A stretch of DNA of 64,000 nt from Curvularia clavata (Eukaryota): positions 682,001 through 746,000 of the forward strand of contig CP089277.1 of assembly GCA_023920165.1 (NCBI GenBank), in the 5' to 3' direction. Numbering within the stretch: the stretch's first letter is position 1; every line of letters begins with the position of its first letter. This document shows positions 48,576 through 60,264 of this stretch, piece by piece. Under the pieces are notes generated by a model. The model did no database searches. It was not told the origin of the DNA and worked only from the letters and a program-made list of their open reading frames with translations. A program made the position numbers and the translations under genes.

Positions 48576-50574
48576 TTAAGCACTTGCGCTGCCTTCAGTA
48601 CCACCCTCGCCAGTGTGTATCTCTTTCTTTACGGCCAACTCGGGGTTCAGAGCCTCCATTTGCTCTCTTTCCTTGCCACTCATCTCTTCTAGACTGGGTA
48701 CCACCCACTTTGCGCTCTCCCAAGGTTTGACTCCCAACAAGTACATTGTATCGATCTCTTCAAGGGTACGACCTTGACCTTCGATGACGAAAAAGTAGAC
48801 GAGCAGGCCGCCAAGTATATTTGTGCCAGCAAACACGTAGCCGTAGCGAAAGTCGATAGCTCCAGTAATGAAAGGAGTGAAGAATGCAAGGAGAAAGTTC
48901 CATAGCCAATTCGATGCCGTTGATAATGCCATAGCTTTCGCGCGGTATCGGCTGGGATATAGTTCGCCACAGATTGTCCAACTGATCGCTAATTAGTGGC
49001 ATGTAAAAGACTGATAGAAGATGCACTCACATCATAGGACCCCAAGTTGTTGCGAATCCAAAAATGAAGAAGCAGGCGAAGCATATCATAGCTGTAGCGG
49101 CACTCTCGGTGTTCTCTGGGTTCGCTCGATCAAGCGAAAAGTGGCCAACAGAAGCGAATATCAAGAAGCAGATGAACATCCAACACGAGCCCGCAATGAG
49201 CGACTTACGGCGGCCGTAATGTTCAACGATGTACAAGCCATAGAAAGTGACACCGAAGTTGATGCCGTTCTACTAGTGGTCAGTATGCGCCTTGAGCAAC
49301 GACTTGAATTGGGAGAACGAACGAGGATCATTTGTGTTACGAACGAGTTCTTGATACCAGTACCCGAGAAAACGACGGTACCATAGTAGAAGCTTTGGAA
49401 TGTTAGTGAGTTCTTTACAGGTCAAAGTAGATACTAACAAGTAATTCGCGCCCGTCAACTGCTGCATCATCTGCAGTCCCATACCGATCGCTATTCTGTA
49501 GGCCATCTTCGGTGCTGTCCACATTCCAAGCCATTCCTGGATAGGTCCGTGGTCGATCTTGCTCTCAGCCTCAAACTTGGCCTTCATCTCCGCAAGCTCC
49601 AGTTGGATATGGTAATTGTTTTCCGGCACGCCATATACCTTTGTCATAGTTGCAGTCGCCTTATCAACTTTGCCATGGCGGTAATTGAAACGGGGCGTTT
49701 CCGAGAAGAACAAGATACCGAATGCGAGAATTACAGCGGGTACGAATGAAAGACCCAACGTAATCTGCCAAGAAGCTTTTTTACCAGCTTGGTGTTTCTC
49801 CGCTGCGTAGTTGAAGACTGCTGCAAGGAAGATACCAAAAGTGATCATGAGCTGGTAGGTTGAGATGAGAGCTCCACGGATGTGACGCGGAGCCGTTTCC
49901 GCCTTCGCATTATTAGCCCCTGCATCATCTACTCTTCATCACGACAATACATACCTGGTACATTGGCACGAGCAGACTTAAAGCTCCAACACCCAGACCG
50001 GCAACAAACCTGCCCATCATGATTTGGTACCACTTATCGGTTGCACAGATCTGTACTATAATACCCACAGAGAATATGCCGCACCAAAAAATAATACTCC
50101 TCTTCCTACCAATCTTGTCCGCGATTGGTGCCGCGATGAGTGCTCCGAAGAGAGTACCAATAGAGAGAAGAGCTACGATGAGTCCAGATCGTACGTTTGA
50201 GAAGTAATACTCCCCGTTTCTGTGTCTCTGACCGAAGCGACGAAGGAAGTCGACCATGCCCAGGAACCCGGAAATCTGACCAGTGTCGTAGCTGTACACC
50301 AAGCGTGGTTAGTACTATTATAAAGAACAATGTGGTGTAGCGACAAGAGAGTCAATGAAGGAATAACGAATAGCTGGGCGCATAGAGAAAGGAATAAGTG
50401 TCCGTACCCAAACACGAAACCTCCCATCGACACCAAGACACCCATCCCCAATCCCGCCCTGGTGATGCGAGGCAGTGGTGTATTGTCATATCCAGCATGT
50501 TCGCCTGCAGTCACCGAACTCCTGCGTCTCCAATCCTTTATAGGATTGGAGAACTTCTCTTTCATCTTTTCCAT
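48576..50574 (-). CDS. Hexose transporter (sugar porter, HXT-like)
   Basis: Introns 50292-50407, 49903-49954, 49393-49438, 49270-49322, 48982-49030. Motifs GGFVFGYDTGQISG, DKIGRK, PMYQAETAPRHIRG, ETPRF, QQLTGANYFFYYG, TTWGP. Confidence 0.93.
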
Positions 50575-51993
50575 TGTCACTGTTATTGCTTGGCTTAGAT
50601 GTCCAGGATCAATGTGGTCAGAGTAGAACTCTAAGGTAGGCGTAACAAGACATCCTGGGCTTTTGCTTCAACATGTATCTCTTATATACGTGAGACGAAA
50701 GGATGACCCACTTCGCGACCTCGGGGTTCTGGACGTTCCATGCATTGCTGACTGCGTTCTCATTCGCTCTCTCCAGTTCTTTCCCCGTGGGCACGAGACC
50801 AGGTATAGGCGGGTTAAGATGGCGACAACTGCGGGGCGGATGGGTTCGGATGATACATTGGTAATACTGAGGATTTGAAGCATCACGCGCATGCGAAGAG
50901 GAAATACTTTTCAATTTCGATTAGTATTTCTTCGACTTGGCTGGGTACTCCTGGAATGAAAAGAATGGCGAGAGAGAACAGTAGCAGCGCAGTAACATAT
51001 ACAGTCTTTCTTTTGAACCTACTCGAAGTACCGATTCCGCCAGAATACAATGTTGTATAACTTTACAATACAAACGTTCCACATCTCTTACATTCGATCA
51101 GTCCTCCACATTCTCCGCCGGTTCCCCGACCCACCGACCGCCCCAATCAAACACAAGCAACTTGTGCAACACAAACGCGATTGACGTCATAGCAAGCTGA
51201 CACAACCCCGGGCAGTATCATCAATCTTAACCAGACAAGCATTTTTCTGACATTTCTAGAAAAGGTGTAGTGTTAGTGGACCCTGGGTCATCCGCCAACT
51301 TCCGGACCGGACAAAGAAAGGCTTATTACCACGACACCTAGCCCCCTCATCATCGTATCTCGTGATATAGCAAAAGGGATTGTCCAATCGCGGTTGGTGA
51401 TCGGAAGGGAGAGGCGACGGTGGCAAGCAAGACATTTGGTTGTGAGATTTTGATGTGGCAGCCGCGGAGGAGATGTCAGGTTTTGGGATAGCGCGCTACG
51501 TGTGGGTTTTGGAAGGGATGCAGAAGTTGTAAGCTGGCGTGACTTGTGACTCATGGTCTGAGAGCAATGGGTTAGGGAATAAGGCAGAAACGGGAGTTGT
51601 TTTTGCTTTTTCTGTATTGTAAGAAAATGATGTGGATGGAGGTTTTGGTCACAGCTTCATGAGCAGAGTATCTTCACTTGATTCTTGAGACATTGTGCTT
51701 CATCGGGAAAGAGGACAAATATCATGCCTGTCTTGCTTGCAGATATTGATCTTCTCCGCTGTTCGTCCATGGAGTTTCGGATCTTCGCAAGGCGTTCTGA
51801 ACGGAGTCGTCTCTCCGTCGCGTATCAAGACGTGCTGCGTATACGAGAGTATCCACTTCTTTTCACCGGGCTATTCGATACCGAAAGCATACAGGAAGGT
51901 TGTACGATCTTCGATCTGTGTAACATGCTCGAAGGCAGGATCTCGTCATACTCATCCGACTACCCTCCACTCATGTCTCAGAGAGCATCAAGG

Positions 51994-52875
51994 CTATGGC
52001 AATGTGTAGCCCCCATCAATAACTAAATTGGCGCCCGCTGTTGGAAAGTTTGTTAGCACCCATCTTACCAATGGCAGGCAAACAACCAATTATACGAAAG
52101 ACGAAGTGAACCAAAACTTACTCATATAACTGCTCGCATCACTTGCCAAGAAAACATATGCCCCCTTCAGCTCACCTGGTGCACACAACCTCCCCGCAGG
52201 AACCATGCTCAACCACTTTTCCCTCCACTCCTTGGGATGAACATCCAGCATATCTGTCTCGATAAACCCAGGCGAAATACAATTGACCCTTGCGAAATCA
52301 ACCCACTCGACACTAAGGCAGCGCGCAAGCTGTACCACACCCGCTTTTGATGCGTTATACGCTGCTTGTTTCTGCGGTACATTGACTAACGTCGCTGACA
52401 CACTCGCAGTGAAAATAACGTTACCGTGACCCTGCTTTTTGAATATGACACCCGCAGCTTGCGCAGTGTAGAATGCGCCGTCAAGGTTGACAGCCATGAT
52501 GTGCCGCCATTCTTCCTCGGTGTAGTCTTCTGCTGGATGGTGGTTTGCAATTCCTGCATTTGCGACAACGATGTCTAGACCGCCAAAGTCCTTTGCGATT
52601 GTGTTGATGACGCTGGTGATCTCATCCTTGTTTTCAACGGCTGCCTTGTATGCTTTAACGGTTACGCCAGTGGAGGAGGCAATGTCGGCGGCGATGGCAT
52701 CGGCGTCCTTGGTGCTTGAGTACAGGATAGCGACGTTTGCGCCTGCTTCAGCGAGTGCTTTGGAGGCTGCGAGACCAATTCCACGTACGCCGCCTGTTAC
52801 GGCGGCAGTTTTCCCCTTGAGCGAGAAAAAGGACTGGACATGGGCGTCCGGGTTGGATGGTCTGGCTAGAGGCAT
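51994..52875 (-). CDS. NADP(H)-type short-chain ketose reductase (L-sorbose reductase Sou1 / L-xylulose reductase-like)
   Basis: FSLKGKTAAVTGGVRGIG, VANAGI, VNVPQKQAAYNASK, RVNCISPGFIET. Intron 52038-52121 gives the terminus TGANLVIDGGYTLP*. Confidence 0.88.
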
Positions 52876-52991
52876 TGTAGACGGCAGCGAACAGGAAGAA
52901 ATACGAGAGAGTGCAATTGAGGGGAAGCGAAGAATGAGGTTTTGAATAATCGGGCCATGATAAATTCCATCCTACTGATTGATCAGCGTTT

Positions 52992-53066
52992 CGGAGTGGG
53001 GGTACCTGCTCGAAGTCCACACATAAATCATGTATGCGAAGATGGTGCGTCGGGGACCCCACTCCG
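52992..53066. promoter_or_regulatory. Inverted 10-bp repeat with CGG triplets and CreA-type sites in a divergent promoter
   Basis: CGGAGTGGGG at 52992-53001 and CCCCACTCCG at 53057-53066; CGG-N10-CCG at 53051-53066. Confidence 0.55.
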
Positions 53067-53211
53067 TAGAGGTTGACGGATACCCTTGACCCCAACATCC
53101 CCGCATTTGTGCTTCGCAAGGCGCGAAACTTGCCCTCATATGTTGGATACAAGTATACGAAATGGCGCACTCAAGCTCAACAAGTCCCGGTAGTCGATTC
53201 GAACAATCGAC

Positions 53212-54427
53212 ATGTCATCCGCAACCATGACTGAAAAGGTAAACTTGTTACAAAAACATCAAAACCAATTTCGCTAAGGCTAATTTCCATCTTAGAACCC
53301 AGCCTTCGTACTACGGGCTGTCAAAGATGTTGCATTTGAAGACCGCGAAATACCCAAGTTGCGCGATGAACACGAAGTCCGCGTACACATTTCGCAGACC
53401 GGAATCTGTGGCAGCGACGTTCACTACTGGCAGCGCGGCCGAATCGGCGATTTCGTCCTCAAAAGTCCCATTATCCTAGGGCATGAGAGTTCTGGAATAG
53501 TCGTGGAGACCGGCTCTGCAGTCAAAAATCTCAAAGTGGGAGACCGTGTTGCAATTGAGCCTGGTGTCCCGTGTAGACGGTGCGATTACTGTCGGTCTGG
53601 GTCCTACAACTTGTGCAATGACACCATCTTTGCGGCAACGCCACCATGGGACGGAACTCTGGCCAAGTACTATACTGTCGCGAGCGATTACTGTTATAAG
53701 ATACCTGACCATATGAACATGGAAGAAGCCGCTTTGGTCGAACCAGTCTCAGTCGCGGTTCAGATATGCAAAGTTGCGGACCTACGCGCGAACCAGACAG
53801 TTGTCGTGTTCGGTGCTGGACCTATCGGAGTGCTGTCGCAAGCGGTAGCAAAAGCCTCAGGCGCAAAAAAGATCATTGCTGTAGACATATCGCAGGCGCG
53901 ATTAGACTTTGCTAAAGAGTACGCTGCAGACGGCGTTTTCTTACCACCAAAAGCAGAACAGGGAGCGGATCCTGTTGCGCATTCAGAAGCTATTGCGGCA
54001 GCGATAAAGGAAAAGTTTGAGCTGGGCGAAGGCGCCGATATTGTCCTGGAATGCACGGGCGCCGAATCATGCATTCAAGCCGGTATCAATGTAGCAAAGA
54101 AAGGCGGCACTTATGTTCAAGCTGGCATGGGAAAAGAGGCACGTCTGCAACTTATCAAATCACTCAAATTGTCCCGCTAACTGTGGTTCCCAGAATGTTG
54201 TATTCCCGATCACGACGGCATGCATTCGTGCCTTGACGATCAAAGGTTCCATCCGCTACTCAGTGGGATGCTATCCAAGTGCTGTGGACCTGGTAGCTTC
54301 AGGAAAGGTGGATGTAAAGAAGCTCATCACAAACAGATTCAAGTTTGAAGAGGCCGAGAAGGCTTTTGAGTTAGTGAAAGCTGCAAAGGAAGGCGTTTTC
54401 AAAGTAATCATAGAAGGTGTACAGTAG
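53212..54427 (+). CDS. Zn-dependent NAD polyol dehydrogenase (sorbitol/xylitol dehydrogenase family)
   Basis: Introns 53239-53295 and GC-AG 54139-54193. Motifs NPAFVL, GICGSDVHYW, GHE, CxxCxxCx7C, GAGPIG, VDIS (NAD-type Asp), GSIRY. Confidence 0.92.
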
Positions 54428-55051
54428 AACTGAATATGATTGGAGAGGAGAGGCAATGTACCAAGGTTTTCATGCTCATTCGTTTGGGTGAGATTGGGAG
54501 AGGGCTAGATACTGATTTTTGGCTATTCGAAAATGTCGCAAAGAAATGAGTTTGAAACGCGTGGAGAATATTCGATGCATGCATGCGCACAGTTTCAAAC
54601 ATGACGTCATCGAGCAACGCCATAGGTATATCTCAACCCGAGAGGGGTTACTGGGTGCGGTTAACCCATCGATCGAAGGCGTGGAATGTGCAAATAGGAC
54701 ACAATAGCGAGCATGACGTGGTAAACATCCGATGGTTGACAGTGCTCCGTAACGAGGCTCCGTGGAATATGACACAGTTAGCGTTGGGGTGACAGTCAAC
54801 CGCCTCTAGCATGACTCGCACATTACCCCAGTCTATCCTGGTCGGTACTGCAACCCGCATTCCACTAGCATGAACTGAAGCTTGAAATCTGGGGAAACTA
54901 CATCGCGTGCAGGATGTTGGCTCACCCCACACTTCGGGCTATGTCGACTTGCATTTATATCCATGATGCTGCGCCCTCATTCAAGAATTCTGCCTGAGTG
55001 ATCAGTCGACCTCTCTGATTCTGCTGCCCTTATTGCGTTGACTTTGCACCT

Positions 55052-56690
55052 ATGAAAGACTCAGATATTGTTGGCCATGCCATCGCAGATGTGCTTCCTC
55101 ATACCGACAAGTATTGGTTTCAGATACCGCATCTACGTCGCCTGAACCTGATCTTACTGGTACCCTTACTTTCTTCGGCGGTTGCTGGATATGATGGTAG
55201 GGATATGCGCCTTGCATTTTTGAATGTTGACCCAAGTCGCTGACAGCTGAAAAGGCTCGTTAATGAATGGCCTCCAATCTCTGCCTCAATGGAGGGATTA
55301 CTTTGGCCATCCCGCCGGCGCTCTCCTCGGGCTTGTCAATGCAGCGCAGTCCGCTGGCTCCGTGGTCGTCTTGCCTTTCGTCGGCATACTCTCCGATCGT
55401 TATGGGCGTCGAATGGTGCTGCTCAGCGGTCTCATTGGCGTAATCCTCGCAACAGTAATACAGGCAACAGCCACGACCCTTGCGCAGTTCATTGTTTCTA
55501 GAGCTGTCGTGGGTGCTGCCGGTATGTTTGTAGTTCAGCCCTCGCCAATGCTGATTGCGGAGTTGGCGTATCCAACCCACCGAGGCAAATACACAAGTGC
55601 TTTCTGGACCATGTATTATCTGGGTGCGATCCTAGCCGCATGGACAACTTTCGGAACTCAGAATCACTCTGGTAATTGGAGCTGGAGGATTCCGACTATT
55701 TTACAAGCTGGTTATCCATTAGTCCAGCTCTCGTGCTTCTGGACGTTGCCTGAATCACCGAGGTAAGGATTGGGTGCTCAATTACACAGAACAAGACACT
55801 GACATGTGCATAACAGATGGCTCGTGGCAAAGGAGCGTGTCCAAGAGGCAAGGCAAATACTTGCCCACTACCATTCTGGTGGCGATGAGCATAGCCCATT
55901 GGTAGCACTAGAGATGAGTGAAATCGTGTCTGCTATCCGACAAGAAAGCGCAGCGAAATCCGTCCAGTGGAGTTCACTCGTGGCTACTCCGGGGAACCGA
56001 AAGCGGCTGTTTCTTGCAATATGTGTCGGTGGCTTCGCTCAGTGGAACGGTATTGGAGTCGTCAGCTACTATTTGACCCTCGTCTTAGACTCGATTGGAA
56101 TAACGGATCCATTCATGCAAACGTTGATCAACGGACTCTTACAAATTTTCAACTTCGCTGCAGCGGTCAGTGCGGCTCTCCTAGTGGACCGACTTGGACG
56201 ACGAACTCTGTTTCTCTGGAGTGGTGTGGGCATGCTGGTCTCCTACATTATCTGGACAGCATGCTCAGCGGTGAACAACGAGGAGAACAACAAAGCGGCA
56301 GGCTACGTCGTAGTTGTGTGTCTCTTCATCTTTTACTTCCATTACGACATCGCGTACACGCCGCTCCTCATGAGCTATCCGACCGAGATCTTCACCTACA
56401 GTCTCCGCTCTAAGGGAATCAGTTGTGAATTGATTTCCATTTATGTGTCATTGGTCATCCAGGCCTTCGTTAATCCTATTGGCATGGAGAACCTGGGATG
56501 GAAGTACTACATAGTGTTTTGCTGTCTGCTGGTTGTCTTCCTTGGTATCACGTATCTCTTCTTCCCAGAAACAAAGGGCCGGAGTCTGGAAGAGATTGCA
56601 GAGATCTTCGATGGCCCTGGAATATCACTTGATGTAGATGTTGTAAAGAAGGAGGAGGTGTTTAGCAAGCAGCATATCGAGGTAGTTTAG
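55052..56690 (+). CDS. Sugar porter, lactose permease/cellodextrin transporter-like clade
   Basis: Introns 55197-55254 and 55763-55816. Motifs GYDGSLMNGLQSL, DRYGRR, ELAYPTHRG, PESPRW, QWNGIGVVSYYL, PETKGRSLEEI. Confidence 0.92.
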
Positions 56691-56756
56691 AGAGTGGTAG
56701 AAAGTGGCTCTACGATTTTCTGTCTAAGCATCATAATAGAGAAACGAAGCTGTGCT

Positions 56757-58928
56757 CTAATCCCACGAAAATTGTGTCCCAGTGAAGGCATTCGATCCGC
56801 TTGGGGTTGGCTCCCCTATGTTATCGATGTTCGGAAGGAATTCGGCCCATAATCCCCCTTGCATGAGCACATCGACCTCGGCATCGTTGGCGTTTGGCCA
56901 CATCATGCTGTAAACATTGTTGATCTGCGTATGTGGAGATTCTTCAGTAGGGAGTTCCATCATATCACCATGAGGGGTTGCGAGCATGTGGGCATCCTGC
57001 ACGGCGGGTTGAGGTTGTAAAAATGGTCCGCAGAGACGCTGAAGCACGTTCAGACAGTCCTGTGCGCTCGGATTTATCGATAGTAATTGCTTCATAGTCG
57101 ACATCGTTTGATTGATCTGTGTACGCCAGCTTTCAGATGCCGGTGAAGTAGGCTTGTTGCGCAAACAAACACACGGTATAAGCGAAGCCTGAAACAAGAA
57201 ATACAGGGCATACCAAGCAGACATTCTGGATGGTGAGGAATTAGCCCAGAACGTGCTGATGGCTTTGATACTCTCCTCGGCCTCGCGAAGACATCTAGCG
57301 TATGCTTCTTGTACCGATGACGGCACATCACCCTCAATGGGCTGTGACCTGGCTTGGAGTACATGACGAATAACGTAGGGCCGATACATGATGATCTTGA
57401 AGTTGCTGAGGCGCCACCACATGATTGCATGGCCTGTTGCAAACTGAGGAGGCATGACTGCATCGCGGCGATACCAACCAGGTACCGAAATCTCCCATTT
57501 CCCTATCATCGTATCATCGAGGCGAACCAGTTCACCAGCTGCTGGGAAAGGCATTGATATGACCTTTGTGTAAATTTCATTAGTCAGAATGTGAAATCTG
57601 GACTGCATTATGACGGCGCTGAAGGTCGTGACATGGTCGGCCTCATCCGGAGCTGTACGCGACAGATTTGTCAGGGCTCTATCGGAAACATTGATTGGTA
57701 AATGGACCTCAACATTTTTGTTTGGCCAAGCGAGAGGGCGACCAAATGTGACCGCTGCGCCGATATTGAAAACGAACATTGACCACCACACACGTCGGCG
57801 GATTTCCATATTGAGTGGTGATATATCCCAGTGATGAAACTCTTTGTGCAGCCCTAGCCCCATAGCCATGTGGAGAGCGAGGCCAAGGTAGTTGTAGCCA
57901 CTGTTTGGTTTGTTCCGCTTCTGGAGATAGTTTGACATAAGCGTGAGGGTTTGAACAAGAGTGATGTTGCCAACCTCCAAACTTTCGATGGATAGGTTGG
58001 ATTTTGCTGCTGCAAAGAGTCGGTGGTCTATATTGGTGGGTTTTGTTGCTGTCGTGAAGTGACCGATTGCAGCAATCATAAAGGCTAGCGCATGCCAGCT
58101 GCGCCCATTGGGCCGAGGAATGACTTGGGCGTATTGAGCACGGAATGTGTGTTCCTCTACTAGGGGGTATGAGTTGTGGTAAAGACCGAAATAGCCATTG
58201 ATGGCTGCATCCAGGTCAATCGCTCCTAGATCGAGACTATCCCAAAGAGGAGTATACAGCCAGTGCCCATTGTCTGGTAGAGCAGTGCTGGCGCTGGATT
58301 GAAGAGGTGCTTTTCGTGAGGAATGCTGTGCGCCTGGGAGGAGCAGTCTCAGCATAGCAGCACCCGATGCAACACCCAGATACCCAGCTTCATTTTCGTC
58401 TACCGTTAAGGAAGCCATGCCATCAGCTACCCGCTCATCTTCCCCTGGGGAGGTGTGCGTATGTGTGCTGGCAATATCTGTTTCAACTGGAGTAGTATCT
58501 TGCGATTGCTCATCCCAACTGAAGTCGGCTGGGCCAGACGGCGGAGCCTCAAGCGCAACATCGATGGGGGAGTCGTCAGCTGTGTCCACATCTGCAGTCG
58601 CATCATGTTGTTGGTGAAGTTCTGGGGCATCGTTGCTCTGAGCTGCTTCCAGCTGTCGCACACGCGCCTCGGCGACTTGGACGCGCTGCTCAGCACGTGC
58701 GACTTGGGCTTGTGATCGGCGAAGTTGCTCCTCGACTTGAGTCAGATACTTTCGTGTCAGCGGTGTTCTGCTATGCCGCTCGTATAAACAATGTCTTCGA
58801 TTTCTCTTGCAAGGCCCGCACTCAGGCAGCGACTTATCGCATCGAGCTTTTCGTCTGCGACATTCATTGCAGGCTTGGTCGCGGTCGCGGTCGCGGTCTT
58901 CAGCTTCAAGGTTGCTGGTGCTGTTCAT
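56757..58928 (-). CDS. Zn(II)2Cys6 transcription factor, Gal4-like
   Basis: Intronless 723 aa. CNECRRRKARCDKSLPECGPCKRNRRHC, Gal4-type linker RTPLTRKYLTQVE, middle-homology region YNYLGLALHMAMGLGLH..EIRRRVWW, acidic tail. Confidence 0.93.
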   Translation of the reverse strand: MNSTSNLEAEDRDRDRDQACNECRRRKARCDKSLPECGPCKRNRRHCLYERHSRTPLTRKYLTQVEEQLRRSQAQVARAEQRVQVAEARVRQLEAAQSNDAPELHQQHDATADVDTADDSPIDVALEAPPSGPADFSWDEQSQDTTPVETDIASTHTHTSPGEDERVADGMASLTVDENEAGYLGVASGAAMLRLLLPGAQHSSRKAPLQSSASTALPDNGHWLYTPLWDSLDLGAIDLDAAINGYFGLYHNSYPLVEEHTFRAQYAQVIPRPNGRSWHALAFMIAAIGHFTTATKPTNIDHRLFAAAKSNLSIESLEVGNITLVQTLTLMSNYLQKRNKPNSGYNYLGLALHMAMGLGLHKEFHHWDISPLNMEIRRRVWWSMFVFNIGAAVTFGRPLAWPNKNVEVHLPINVSDRALTNLSRTAPDEADHVTTFSAVIMQSRFHILTNEIYTKVISMPFPAAGELVRLDDTMIGKWEISVPGWYRRDAVMPPQFATGHAIMWWRLSNFKIIMYRPYVIRHVLQARSQPIEGDVPSSVQEAYARCLREAEESIKAISTFWANSSPSRMSAWYALYFLFQASLIPCVCLRNKPTSPASESWRTQINQTMSTMKQLLSINPSAQDCLNVLQRLCGPFLQPQPAVQDAHMLATPHGDMMELPTEESPHTQINNVYSMMWPNANDAEVDVLMQGGLWAEFLPNIDNIGEPTPSGSNAFTGTQFSWD

Positions 58929-59248
58929 ATGCGCGTAGCCCCCTCATGCTTGAGGGTGGTTGTGGTGTTGCCACGAGGCGTAGTGCGAAGTGTGTTGCGG
59001 GGTTTGAGCTAAGGGTTCACTGACTAGGTCGGGGTATGTTGCGGGCACAGGAAGCGAGTCATTGGCGACACAAATCACGATACTAACAATCTGTATCCTT
59101 TGGGGCCCGGTCTAAAATGGGAATATTTGGAATGTTGATGATGTCTCCAGTGCAAATCTTAATGCTGATTCTTTGTAGTACGACAGCCATGTCTCAAAAC
59201 GCCTTGACGCCTGCTTCCATGCATTTTAAAGAAACTTCACCGCGCCCT

Positions 59249-60018
59249 TCATGCTTTCGCTTGCGACTTCTGCCATTTGGTGACCCGTTTCCTGATATCC
59301 GCTGCCGTCTGTTGCATGGGGTTGAGTTTGAGATCCCTTGCCATCTTCGCATAGTCGTCGCCGTACTTATTGACCAGTCGCTCCACCCATTCTTGCTCTC
59401 GCTGACTCTGTCCCCTAGGTCCCTTCCTCGCACCATTCATAGCTGCCTCTTCCAGCTGTCTGATGACCGGATTCTCTGGTTCATCTTCTCTATGCTCTGG
59501 CACCATTGCGAATCCGTTCCACTCCATCTCCTCGCCGCCGCCTTCAATCTCATTGAGCGGATCGTTGAGTGGGTTGTCGGTCTTCTCGAGCTTGCCAGTT
59601 ACGCGAAGAATGGCGCCTGTTTCGGGGTCGCGCTCGACTTCCACTTCCTCTGTGACAATGTTTTCGGGCTTCTTTGCTTTTGAGACAATATTCAACGCAT
59701 TGGCTGTGCTATTCGAGGCCGTGTCTGCGCGCGATGACTTTTCATCGTTGAGGCCAAGGAGCGCAATAGTCTTTTCTGTGCCACCAGTGGCATGGTTGAG
59801 GCGCGCCGTAAGACCGAGGCGGCGGTAGTTTTGCGAAAGAGTTTCTTTTTGATTCCTGTGGCATTGGTTAGATCCCAGCAAGATGTCAAATGTGAGATGC
59901 TGTCGTACCAGTGCTTTGCGATGATGGGGTTCTGCAAGATCTTCTTCTTGGATGGTCCCTTCTGGCGCTTCTTCGGGATCGAAGACCTGTTTTTCTTCTT
60001 TTGGAGCTCGCGACCCAT
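59249..60018 (-). CDS. NOP16: Nucleolar protein Nop16
   Basis: Intron 59856-59908. MGRELQKKKNRSS, WNQKETLSQNYRRLGL, LVNKYGDDYAKMARDLKLNPMQQT. Confidence 0.93.
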
Positions 60019-60264
60019 TTCTGCTAGGCTGTGATGTGTTTGTGCTTTAGGCTATCGAGGAGTGGTGGTAGGGAGCAGTCGCAAGGCGCATCTTTCAAAA
60101 GTTTTGGCGAACTTTCTGCCGCCTCGGCGCTAGTGTTATCGATAGTCGGACCACCGAAGCACGCCTGAGGCCACTCTACAGCTCCCGAGGGACAGCCCCC
60201 CTAGATCACCACCAATCCCCTCATTCCTCAATATCCGGATATTTACATCCAACCACGTGCCGCC

